From Glaucostegus cemiculus (taxonomy: Eukaryota), in assembly GCA_976551045.1 (NCBI GenBank), contig CDPCPM010000418.1, positions 744,001 to 808,000 on the forward strand: DNA of 64,000 nt, in the 5' to 3' direction. Both the position numbers and the translations under genes were made by a program. The notes below the pieces were generated by a model, which was given only the letters and a program-made list of their open reading frames with translations, did no database searches and was not told the DNA's origin. Positions 1 through 11,900 of the stretch are shown piece after piece (positions within the stretch are counted from its first letter, which is position 1; every line of letters begins with the position of its first letter).

Positions 1-1299
1 AGTGGGGAGAGAGTGGATCTCAGACCGCAGGCAGAGCACCAAACCTTGATCTGAAGCATTTACCTGCAGATTTAGTCCTTTCAATTAGAGTTTTAAACTT
101 ATTTCCCCATTTCCTTCAATCTTGGCATCAGAAGCAAGGATGAACAGTTAGTACATATCCCGTGGGTCTAAATGATAGATTATAAAGTAACACATGTATT
201 GTAAATTAAATTTTGTTAAATGTTTCCAAAAATGGTTTAATCTGGAATATAGCACTCATTATATAAATATGCCATACATCCTCATGGTCACAATTAAATA
301 TGATTAGCAAAGGCTTAAAGCTATGAATCCAGCTTGGACTGGATACATGAAGACACATTATTTGTTCCATACAACTTACTTCATAAAACATACAGATGAT
401 AACAGAACTGGAACACAAATCAGACTTTCATATATCACTTTGTCAGCATTTGGAGTGCGTTATCAATCTTTCAACACAGAAACAAGGTAAATCCAGTGCA
501 AGAATCCACTGAGAGTCTCAAACACTCGAGGGTTAAATACTTGTGTTAGCTCTTTGAGTGAACTGTCCAATTAGCTTCATTTCCTAATTGCTCAATGCCC
601 ATACTTATTTCTCTCATGTAACTGGCATTAAGTTGCCAATTTCATTTAGAGACCTCTGTGTGATAAAGAAAAGATAACTAGAGAATAATCTCTTGGGTCA
701 GAGCTAACACAGATTACTGGGACAGAGTAAAAGGTATTTCACAATTTAGCGCATTCTGTTACTCTTGATCTGGGATTGGCTCAGTCACACTGAGTGAAGG
801 GGGGGGGCAGTGTTTGCCAAATCCTTTTTTAACACTTTTTTCTACAGAGATTTATTATATAAGGTCTGCTTTAAATGCCGGCTTTTTACAGTAAAGTGTT
901 TACACAAATTGAAACAAAACTCACAGAGCTGTAAACCCACTGCTGGGAGTAGCTACACCACATGGACTGCAGCTGTTCAAGAAGGTGGTTCATCAGCACC
1001 ATCTCATGTATAATGAGGGATGGTTAATTAGTACTCCCCTTGCCAGTAATGCTATCGTCCTATCAATAGATTTTTTTAAAACCCGATGGACATACTAAGT
1101 ATCGTTATTCACTGTTAAACTTTTGTCAGATTCCTTATTGTTTATTTCTAATATGTAGCTCCTTGAAATAAAGGGTTTTTTTAATAACAAAAGTCTGTTA
1201 GCAAATTCACGAAAACTACCAAACAGTGGATATCCTCCCAACTTCACTTCTGATATCTCCACTCCTGATAGTCAGAGGAATTCTTCTCAGAAACATAAT

Positions 1300-1776
1300 T
1301 CGGCCTGCGGGGCTGGAGGTCGTCGGACTGCGGAGCCGGAATTCGGGGCTGGAGGTCGTCAGACTGCGGAGCCGGAATTCGGGGCTGGAGGTCGTCGGAC
1401 TGCAGAGCCGGAGGTCGTCGGCCTGAGAGGCCGGAGGTCGTCGGACTGCGAGGCCGGAGGCGAAGGAGCTGGAGGTGGTCGGACTGAGAGGCCGGAGGCG
1501 AAGGAGCTGGAGGTGGTCGTGGTCGGACTGCGGGGCCGGAGGTGGTCGGATGGTCGGACTGCGGGCCGGAGGTTGTTGATGGACTGTGGGCCCTGAGGTT
1601 GTGGGACTGCGGGGGTTGGAGGTGGTTGTCGGTGCGGGGTGAGGCTGGGGGCTGTTAATGTTTTGATGTTTGTTGTCTTTGATGTCTTTTGCACATTGGC
1701 CTGTAGAGAAATGATATCTCACCTTCATGTATACGTGAAAGTGACAATAAATTGATTCTGATTCTGATTCTGAATT
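1300..1776 (+). repeat. CpG-rich minisatellite (36-bp and about 21-23-bp units) joined to a LINE-type 3' tail
   Basis: CGGGGCTGGAGGTCGTCGGACTGCGGAGCCGGAATT starts at 1308, 1344 and 1380, then decays into GGAGGT(C/G)GTCGGACTG subunits. It ends in gtgacaataaa plus (ATTCTG)n. Confidence 0.75.
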
Positions 1777-2221
1777 TTCTTGCCTTCAGGTCCTGGGTTG
1801 CAAAGGGCAATATTCAAATATTGAGTCACTTCATCCCTACCCACAGCAACTGCATTCATTAGCAGTTCTTACACCCAGGCTACAGTTGTATCTTCTTCAA
1901 CCATTTCCTTGGCAATTTCTTCCTCCCTTGTTGTGAAGTCAGAGAAGGTGGGCTCCTGCAGTGGTCTGTAAAATGATACACCATGGAAGAATGGCATTGA
2001 CCCAACCTGGCCAGATCTCTGAAACAGCCAACACCCTCTCCTCCACCGGCTCACCTATTGCTAGTACCCTACAGCTCTACAATTTCTTCCACTAAGATTT
2101 TACCTATTCCTCTAAAAAAAAGTTACAGAATTTATTTCCAAGGCACAACATTGTAGCAAATTCCAGTTGATAACTCACTGGTTATCTTTTTCCTGCGTAT
2201 TGCATCTAACCTTTCTCTCAG

Positions 2222-2341
2222 TCATCAGTAGGGTAAAACTAATCTATCTCACAACGGTCCAAACCCAGCTCACGTTCCCTATTAGTGGGTGAACAATCCA
2301 ACGCTTGGTGAATTCTGCTTCACAATGATAGGAAGAGCCGA
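2222..2341 (-). pseudogene. Dispersed 28S (LSU) rRNA fragment, domain V / peptidyl-transferase region
   Basis: The reverse complement reads TCGGCTCTTCCTATCATTGTGAAGCAGAATTCACCAAGCGTTGGATTGTTCACCCACTAATAGGGAACGTGAGCTGGGTTT...TTTTACCCTACTGATGA, the conserved eukaryotic LSU sequence with about 4 substitutions. The flanks are not rDNA. Confidence 0.92.
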
Positions 2342-2928
2342 TGGTTCAATCAGGTCAAATCTGGTCCGGTTTTATAGACTGTTCACTATGACTTCTGGCA
2401 GATTACATGATTATATCTGTGAACTGTAGATTGCAAGCAGCACCCATATTTCATCACTATGGACTGAAACCAATCATTTCACCTTACACCTCAAACGTGT
2501 ATCATTAGTTGTCATGTGCTTCAGTGTGTTCTGCCATCCTGAAGTGCCTACAGGAAAGGTCAGTGACTAGGATCTTCTGGTCTTTCTACCAGTCACTTTA
2601 GTCTTTAACACTGGGACAAATATTGTTAAGTTAATTTTTTGAGTCATGTAGAAAACTAGAAGTAAAATCAAGTGGTTGCCTAGCAGTAGCTACGTTTGTA
2701 TGGAATGTGTCTGCAACATGATATTTGGAAACAAGTTTTACCAGCTGAGTAACTCTCGTGATTGCTCTGTAAAAACAAAACCCATCCTGTATTATAATGC
2801 TGATATCATTATCTCTCTGGATGACACAGGACTAGACACTTAGCTCATAATCGCAAACCAAAATACATTCGGAAACTTCCACACAAGAACCACTGACAGT
2901 CATGAATTGCGTGTACTGAAAGCCTTCA

Positions 2929-2934
2929 ATGATG
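2929..2934 (+). CDS. TMPRSS5: TMPRSS5 putative coding exon 1 (ATGATG only)
   Basis: ATGATG|GTAAGC is a strong phase-0 donor that matches the phase-0 acceptor at 6905. There is an in-frame stop upstream at 2917-2919. Confidence 0.55.
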
Positions 2935-5900
2935 GTAAGCATCTAAAATAAGAAAACTAACTGGTGTATTACCGCAATGTTAATTACAATATTTCACAAA
3001 AATACTTTCCTTTGTAGTGGTTTAAATTAAAATGCAGGATTTGCAGAATAGTTCCTGAAATGGACCAGAAAAGCTGTCCTTTCATTCAGTTACTCTCCTC
3101 TGTTTTGAATGATGTTTTTACACGGTGTTAACCTTCTCTGTTGAGTCCCTGTCAATCTATTTTGTACTTTCAGTATTGTAGGGTGATCCTACTTCAAGTC
3201 AAAGTGAGTAGATTTCTTCCTTAAAGTCAGAAAGTTGTGGGTTCAAGCCCTCTGTCCCCCTCCACAGTGTTAAGGGCAAAATCTAAATGGATGGTTTTCA
3301 TGCAGTGCTGTGTGAATCATTCTGATAAGATGTTAAACAGAGCCTCCTTTTGCACTGTAAATGTAAATGTCCTTAAGTTATCCCATTTGAAAAAGTGTCT
3401 TGGCCAACATGCCTTCCACAACCTCTACCACTAAATTAGATTATCTGGGTTTCTCTGTGTATAGTTCATGTCCTACATTGCAACCCATCACTATGGAAGT
3501 ATTTAATTGGCATTAAAACAATTTGAGGCATACTGATATCATGAAAGGTACTCTTGTTTACAATGGTATCTCTTGTTTACAATACACATCAATGTATTGG
3601 TTTTACCGTACATGATTTTATAAAAGTTTGACATTGTATGAGCAGAAGGTGGCTCAAGACTCAGCCCCGTTGAATCTTGTCTGTATTTTCCATGTACTCC
3701 CAAGGCATCAACATCCAATGGATTTATTTGGATACAATCCAAATATGTTTAAATAATTTGCATTTTAGAATGTGGATCTAATATTTTCAAATATAACTTT
3801 GATGTATCTTCTGAAATATTGCAATTGTCAGTTGACATTAACCCTGCTATTATGTGGGATTTGCGGTTAAAGCTCACTAGAAGTAACTCAGGGAAAAGCA
3901 CAGATGCATTTAATGGGAAGCTAGACAAGACATGAGACGTTGAATTGCTGGAGTGTAATGAGGGAAGGTGTGGCAGCAGGACTATGTGAACCTTTAACAC
4001 CAGTATCGATCGACAGGGCAGAATGCCCTGTTGTAAAGAATTGTAGATAAGCCTGTGTAGTTTGAATGTCATGGATAGTGCAACAAGTAACTTGGGATGT
4101 TTCACAGCATTGAGGATACTAAATAAATAAAGACTGCTGTTGTGGAGTATGAGCATCACATATGGATAAAGGTATTTAGAACTCCAGGATTTTTTTAATG
4201 TTCAAGATTTCCAATGTTGTATAATGTACAGCAACAAGGAAAATATTAACTTGACTAACAGGCACTCCCTATTTGCAAATTATCAATGCCCAGCCACTTG
4301 CCTGAAGCAAAGGATCCAATCTATTCCATTCTAATGTGCCAGATGTTGCTACAGCCAGCTGCAGAAACCAGAGAATGAATGAAACTAGAGCAGGCACACA
4401 GTAAATGGGATTGCAGAGTGAATGTGTGTGGTTGGAAATGATTGGGAAGTGTGACCCACCAGAATGAGGGGATGATGAATGAGTGGAGGTCTGTGAATAT
4501 AGATTCAGAGAGGAAATTAACAAAATTACTTGTGAATATTTAGCACACACAATGATAAATAATTTCATTCTGAATTAGAACATAAGGTAAGATTTCTTTA
4601 TTAGTCACATGTACATCGAAATAGACAGTGAAATGCATCTTTTGCATTGAGTGTTCTGGAGGCAAACCACAAGTGTCGCCACACTTCCGGCACCAACATA
4701 GCATGCCCACAACTTCCTAACCCGTACGTCTTTGAAATGTGGGAGGAAACCAGAGCACCTCGAGGAAACCAACACAGACTTCTTACAGACAGCGGCCGGA
4801 TTTGAACCTGGGTCTCTGGCGCTGTAATAGCATTACGCTAACCGCTACACTACCGTGCCTGTGCCCTGTGTGCAATTCCAGTCACCGAGCTATAGGAAGG
4901 ATGTCATTAAGCTGGAGAGGGCACAGAAGAGAGTGTTGTTTCCAGGACTGGAGGGCTTGAGTTATGAAGAGAGACTGGAGGGACTGGGACTGTTTTTACT
5001 CGAGCATAGAAGACGGGTGACGTTACAAAGGTTTATGAAATCATGAGGGTGTAAATAAGATTATTGGTCGCAATCTATTTCCCAGGCTAAAGGAGTATAA
5101 AAGTAGAGATCATAGGTTTAAAGTGAGAGTGGAAAGATTTAAAGGAGATGCAAGGGGCAAGTTTTTCATACAGAAGATGGTGGTTATGTGGAACGAGCTG
5201 CCAGAGTAAGTGATAGAGCCATGAAGAATTACAACGTTTGAAAGACATTTGTACAGATACATGGACAAGAAAGGGTTAGATGGATCTGAGCCAAACTCAG
5301 GCAAATGGAATGGTTCACCTTGGTCTGCGCGGACGAGTTGGTGCAAGGGGTCTGTTTCCATCCTGTACACTTTATGGTTCTATAGTAGAAGTGTCCAATG
5401 TGGTCTCCAGCTTTTTTGATTCCCCTGATATCTCTCCAACATTCCTTTGTTCTTCCTCCTCTCTCCATCTGTTCTCAGCCATGTTACTTCACTTGTCCAC
5501 CTCCTGCCCATATTTCCCTCTCCCATTTGGTCCTCTCCCATTCACCCTCAATAGTCCCTCATTCACCCACCACTGTTGTCCCTCACTCCCAACCCTTCTC
5601 TTCCCCCATGCAAGTCCTCCTCTCTCCATCCCTTCCAGCTGCCCCTTTCTCACCCCAAACTTATTACCCTGCCTCTTCTTCCACCTCTATTGCCTTACTG
5701 ATCCAGACATCACCCTTACTTAAGACCTTATATTTTGCTGATTTACCCTATTTGAATTCAAGGGTTGTCAAGTTTGGGAGAATTAATATAGGGAGGTAAA
5801 ATAATTTGAATCATTAATGTGTGTCAACAGTTTGATTAAGAGATTTAAATTTCATTAAGTGTCCTCTGGCCTCTGTGTATGCATCCTGCAGTCTAGGTCA

Positions 5901-8900
5901 ATTAAAGATCATGGAGTGGCTATGTTAACATAAAGGATAAATTATTCTTGTACATTTGCATTAAGGTGTGTTCAGGCAATAGTTACCGAGTATTAATAAT
6001 TGACTTTAGTGGCCTGGAATGGAGGTAAGCAAACAAGTTAAGATTGTCAAAGAAAAGCAAAAAAAAAACAGATAGCAGAAAACTGAAATAAGAACAGAAA
6101 CTGCAGTGTTTCCTCAGCAGGTCAGGCCGAATCTATGGGAAGTTAACTGGTTCAAATTTTCATCTTAGTTCTGATAAAATATTATGAACCCAAAATGTTA
6201 ATTCAGTTTCTCTCTCCCAGATGCTGCCTGAGCTGCTGAGTATTTCCAGTATTTTCTATTTTTATTTAGGATTGCCATTGCTGTTCGCAATAGTTAAAGC
6301 TGCTTCCAGTGGGCAGCAGTGGACATTTGTGCTAAATAATTTTGTATATATCTATTGATTTCCCATTCAATGTCCTCCACTCCAAACCCAATCCGTCCAG
6401 TCTCTCCTCATAACTGAAACGTTTCATCCCAGGCATCATTCCGGTGAATCTCCTCTGCACCCTCTCCAGTGTAAGAGGTTTAGAGGGGATCAGAGGAAAA
6501 TGTTTTTTCACCAGATGGTAGCTAGAATTTGGAACACACTGCCCGAAGAGATGGTGGAGGGAAATACTCTCTCAACATTTCATAAGTATCTTGATGAGTT
6601 CTTGAATCACCAAGGCATAGAAGGCAACAGACCAAGTGTTGGTAAGTGGGATAAGTATACATGGGTACTTGATCATCAGCATGGACTTGGGGGCTGATGA
6701 TCATCTACTCATCTACACTTATCCTATTTATGCTGTATAACGCTATGACTGTTTGTCTGTTATCACTGTTCTGAAAAGCCTTGGAATATTTTGCTATTTT
6801 ACAGATTTTTTAATGCGAGATGTTGAAGTATTTCTCAAAATATATATTCAGAAAGTCTACAATACTTAGTTGCTCATTTCTAAAATTCTGATTCATCGCT
6901 GCAGGATTTGAACCTTGAGTCCTCAGGAACATCAGGACCTCTGGAAACACAGCAAGAGGATGTACCTTTATTGGAGCTGACGAAAACTGATGCACAGTCT
7001 TCAGAAGACCCCAGCCGGGGTTCTGAAACAACATTGTCCGATTCAAAGGATGATTCTTCCCACACCGCCAAACCCACTGAGTTGGGACTGCCTACATTAG
7101 AAGGGACAAGGTTGGAAGAACCCCCCAAAACTTGCTCAGTAAACACCACCCAGGATTCTGAATCAATATTGTCAGGTTCAAAGAACGATGTTGTCTGTAC
7201 CATCAAATCTCCTGAGCTCAAGGAGGTGGACGTGCCATTGTTAGAGGCAACGACATCTGAAGCGTCACCTGTAGTACCATCGGAGCTTCCCACAGAAGCA
7301 GTCCGGCGCAGACGCTGGCGCCATCGATTCAGTAAGTAGAGTAAGACTAATCCTCCATTTGTAATGCACACACCAGCTGATGAGACACAGGTTTCCTCCA
7401 GTCCCTTATTCTAGGCTGGTAATTCTACAACAGGTTCCAACCCTGAAGGGCATAGTTTCTACATTATACTTTGTCCAATTTCTTCATTAAGACTAATAAA
7501 CAGAACAAAATGTCCCCATGTTCTATGGAATGGGTAAGAAAACACTGGACAAGAGAAAAGCCCATCGAAAACATAATCCATCCTAGCAGCCTTTTAACAT
7601 AACAATAGTGGAATCTACACAGACTCAGACAGAAGATAGAGGAATATGAAAGAGTGGAGTGCTTTGGGAACCAAATCCAAAATTACAACTACACCTACCA
7701 TCTATCATGTCTTCTTAATTGCTCTAGTATTGGTGTCCATATCTTCAGCCCAAGACCCTGAGTGCTTCAATTTCACTCAAAACCCCTGACCTACCTCCTT
7801 TAACACACTCCATAAATTCTACCTTTTTGAACAAGTGTTTGGTCACATCCTACCCCCAGACTTAAGGACAGCTTCTACCCCACTGTGATAAGATTATTGA
7901 ATGGTTCCCTTATACAATGAGATGGACTATGCCTTCATGATCTACCTTGTTGTGACCTTGCACCTTATTGCACTGCACTTTCTCTGTAGCTGTGACACTT
8001 TACTCTGTACTGTTATTGTTTTTACCTGTACTACCTCAGTGCACTCTGTACTAACTCAATGTAACTGCACTGTGTAATGAATTGACCTGTATGATTAGTC
8101 TGCAAGACAAGTTCTTCACTGTACCTCAGTACAAATGACAATAATTAACCAATACCAATGTGGACTGGTGCATAATTTAGTCTGATAATGCTCACAGAGC
8201 CATGAGCCATTTTACTACCACAAGGCACTATGTAAATACAGCCTTTGTTGAATTGACCAAGAATTATTGGTAGAGGAAAGACATCAGTAAATCGACTTGA
8301 GCTTCTGTTCTACAGGACCCCGCAGGCGGCCACCACGTGCGACCAAGAGGATCCTGGCACTCCTGTGTGCAGTGACCATCCTTTCTATGATCATAGTTGG
8401 AATTTATTTTATCGGTAAGACAACTAAAAGATTTCTCTGAAGAACGTTGCATAAACGTGGAATTTTTTGAAGGGTTCATCTCTAATTTTAATCCAATGAC
8501 TGATAACTTGTGAATTCTTACATCTTTTCACAATGGGCATTGCTTCCTCCTGTATTGGACCTCCAAGTAACTGAGTGCCTACTGCATCACTCACTCCACA
8601 GCAGCTCTGTGTAATTTCACAAAGCAGAAGTGAATGCATTTGCGGGAGGAGCCACAGTTCTGTGAAACATTACAGAATAGACTCAGTAAACAAATGCAGT
8701 CATCTCCTACGTCACACATCAATATCGTTGCTAAAACATCAGTCAAAAGCATACAGAAAGATTACTCTTAACTCCTCAATATAAAGGAAAAAGAGAATTC
8801 TTGAAAACATTTTACTCCTCTCTTGAAGTGGTGGCTTACAGCTCCCATAAATGGCCTGTGTTCTTCAGTGTTGTTCCTCTATAACTATAAGGAGATATAG

Positions 8901-11900
8901 TTAAACAGTGCCTGCAGACAGATGCTGAATTTACTTGCCTTCCCTACACCAGACTACAATGAAAGCCAGTTGCAGTGTGTCTTCAATCTATCCATCCCAC
9001 CACTGTTGTCAACAGGACTGGGGTCACTTAGCTCTGTGGAGACTGGGGACCAATTTGGGAACTTACTATTCAATGGAAAGCCTTTGCAGCACCTGCTCGG
9101 TTTGACAGAAATAGAGGTCTGCACGGAAATACTGTCTCATTCTTTCAGCAACACAGCAGCAAGTGACTGCAGTTACTGGAAATCTGAAATGAGGGTACTT
9201 AACAAGTCAAAGGGCATCTGTGGAGAGCAAAACAACATTAACATGGCAGATTGTTTTAGATATAACAGCTTGTAATCCAGGAAAAGTGGTGTTGGGATGG
9301 AAGGAGAGAGGGAATAATGACCTTAGGACACTGGTGCAAGTCAAAGGTGGTTGGTAACATGACAAGAAATAAAAGCTGGGTTGAAGGAGAAGGAGTAACA
9401 AACTGCCTATTATCAGCACTTACAATGCAGAAGATATGAGTGGGGATTATATCTGAAATTGCTGAATTCAATATCAAATCTAGAACACAAATATATTGAT
9501 TTTATTTGGAGACATAAGAGACTGCAGATGCTGGAATCTTGATTTTATTTGGGTTGGGTTCTAATTTTGTTGTTCTTCCCACATAATTGATGACATTATT
9601 CACTGGATTCAGCCTGAGCAAATGAAAGGTGAAGCAAACACTTAAATATTCTCATTGCATTCAATTCTCCCAGAACCACCCCAAGGGCAAGAGTTAACAC
9701 ATCAGTCAATGTTTACACACCCTACATGGTGTTGCAGCAACACTCTCTTGTTCACAAACATCTGCCTAACTGGGTAACTACTTCCACATTTGGATCTGAG
9801 TTGGCTATATATTTGATGCAGAGCGCAGGAGCAAATCATTGACCTCAACAGATCTACTCCTCACACAGGCCCCCAAGGAACCTTATCTTACCCTCATTCA
9901 CTTAACCCCATCAGCACATCCTACTGTTCCTTATCCAGCTTCCCCATAAAAACATCAAACCATTTGGCTTAGCCGCACACCACCCCGCCCCCCCCACAGT
10001 ACATTCCAGCCACTATCTGGTAGAGAGGATCCTCCTGAATTTGTTATTCAGTGTACTATTGCCCTTCTTAGTGTGGACTTGATGGAGTGAAGGGCCTGTT
10101 TCTCGGCTGCATTTCTCTGTGACTCTAGTTCAAGTTTATTGTCATAACATATACGGGTATAAATGCCATGAAAGTTAACTTTCCGCGGCAGCAGCACAGT
10201 TTCTTACAAACATGTTACATTAAAAATTTACATAAATTATACATAACTCACATGACAAAATAAACATAACCGACATTAGTGCAAGCTGAGGGAAAGAAAA
10301 TAAAATATAGTCCAATGAAGTGTCAGAGAATTTTAGGCTACACTACGTAAGGAGAGTAGATATCCTTTCCTATATCTGGCAGATTTAATGACATCTTTTT
10401 ACTTATATTGGAATGGAGATACTGGATTGTTTGCCTTGGACCAAAGAGGTTGAGAGGAAATTTGGTGCAACTGTGCTACGTAGGCTAGCTGGAGGGAAGC
10501 TGTTCCCATGGGACAGAAATTTAACTTAGGGCTCACCATGTAGTAAGAATCTGGATTTCATTACCTTTAAAAACATAAGAAATAAAGGCAAAAGTCGGCT
10601 ATTCAGCCACTTACAATTGTTCCTTCTTTCAATATCACGGCTGATCATTTATCGCAGTGCAGCTTCCCTCACTAACCTCTTATCCCTTGATTCTCTCAAT
10701 ATTCAAATACCTATCGATGTCCGTATTGAATATATGCAGTCTCTGCACCTCCACAGTCTTCTTTGGGGAAGAGGATTCCAAAGATTCACTGCCCTCTGGG
10801 TGAAGAAACTTTTCCTCATCTCAGTTCTGAGTGGCTGATCCATTATTCTGAGACTGTGACCACTGGTTTGGACAGCCCGTCAGGGGAAATATCGTCCCCA
10901 CATGGCCCGCTCAAGCTTCTTAAGAACTTTATGCATTTCCATGGGACGGAATGGAAACAGAATCAATCTATTCTTCAAAATGGAATTAGGTATGTACATG
11001 AGAGAGAACAATCCCCAAGATCTGACAGGATTACTCCACCAAGAACCAATATGGACTCAATCATCCCCAACAATTTATTTATTAACTGAATTTGGTTTAC
11101 TGCTGCTGTGTTGGAATTCAGACTTGTCCCCAGGTCAATTGTCCCGACCTTTGGATACTGGTCTAGAACCACTAAGCAACATAAAAAGCAGGAATAAGGT
11201 TTCCCTCACATCTGTGTCTTGTTTTGTCTTTAATGGTCAGAAATCAATTATACATATGATCACTGGTAGGTACTTGAGCCTGTTCACTCACTGATATCCT
11301 GACTTTCACACCAATACCCATACCCAGAGAACGAATTTTGAAAAAGGGCAATAAAGCTGTTGACTTAATACTGAAAGGGTTAAGTTTTGGAAGGGTGGCT
11401 CATGTTAATCAGACCACAGATCAGTCCTCGGAGTATTATAGATTGAGGTGCTGCCCAAGAGAAAAAAAGAACTGTCAATAATTATACTGACTCATGTGGG
11501 AGAGAAGCATTTCACGGTGGAAGGGGACCAGAAGATAAACCTGCTGTTCGGAACCACTCCTTAGTTTCTGCAAGAGAACTAATAAAATCAATTTAAATTC
11601 TGTAGGTGGGAGCATGAAAAAAAAACCCCAATATTTTTAGTGCCATTCACAACCTCAAGATATCCCAATGTACTTTACAGCCGACGGAATAATTTATTAT
11701 ATTTATTCAGGCACAAGGGGCCATTCAGCCCATGAAATTTATGCTGGCTCCTGGTAGAACAATCCTGTCAGCCTCATTCCCCTGTTCTTTTAGAAGCACG
11801 GTGAGTAAAGAAGGGAAGCACTTAAAAACAGCCCACAAATTTAGAAAAAAGTCCAAAGCCTTCAAAGATCAAGCTTAGGTGACCCCACCTATAAACTTGA

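Noticed and set aside
1216-1728. 170-aa Pro/Ser/Thr-rich ORF and overlapping ORFs
   Set aside because: They are translations of a GC-rich minisatellite that lacks stops; there is no splice or domain evidence.
2222-2341. Functional rRNA gene
   Set aside because: Only 120 bp, with substitutions and non-rDNA flanks.
5229-5799. Overlapping 133-147-aa ORFs
   Set aside because: CR1 3' end plus a low-complexity pyrimidine-rich tract.
6880-7371. 163-aa antisense ORF
   Set aside because: Shadow of TMPRSS5 exon 2; the splice signals and phase support the + strand.
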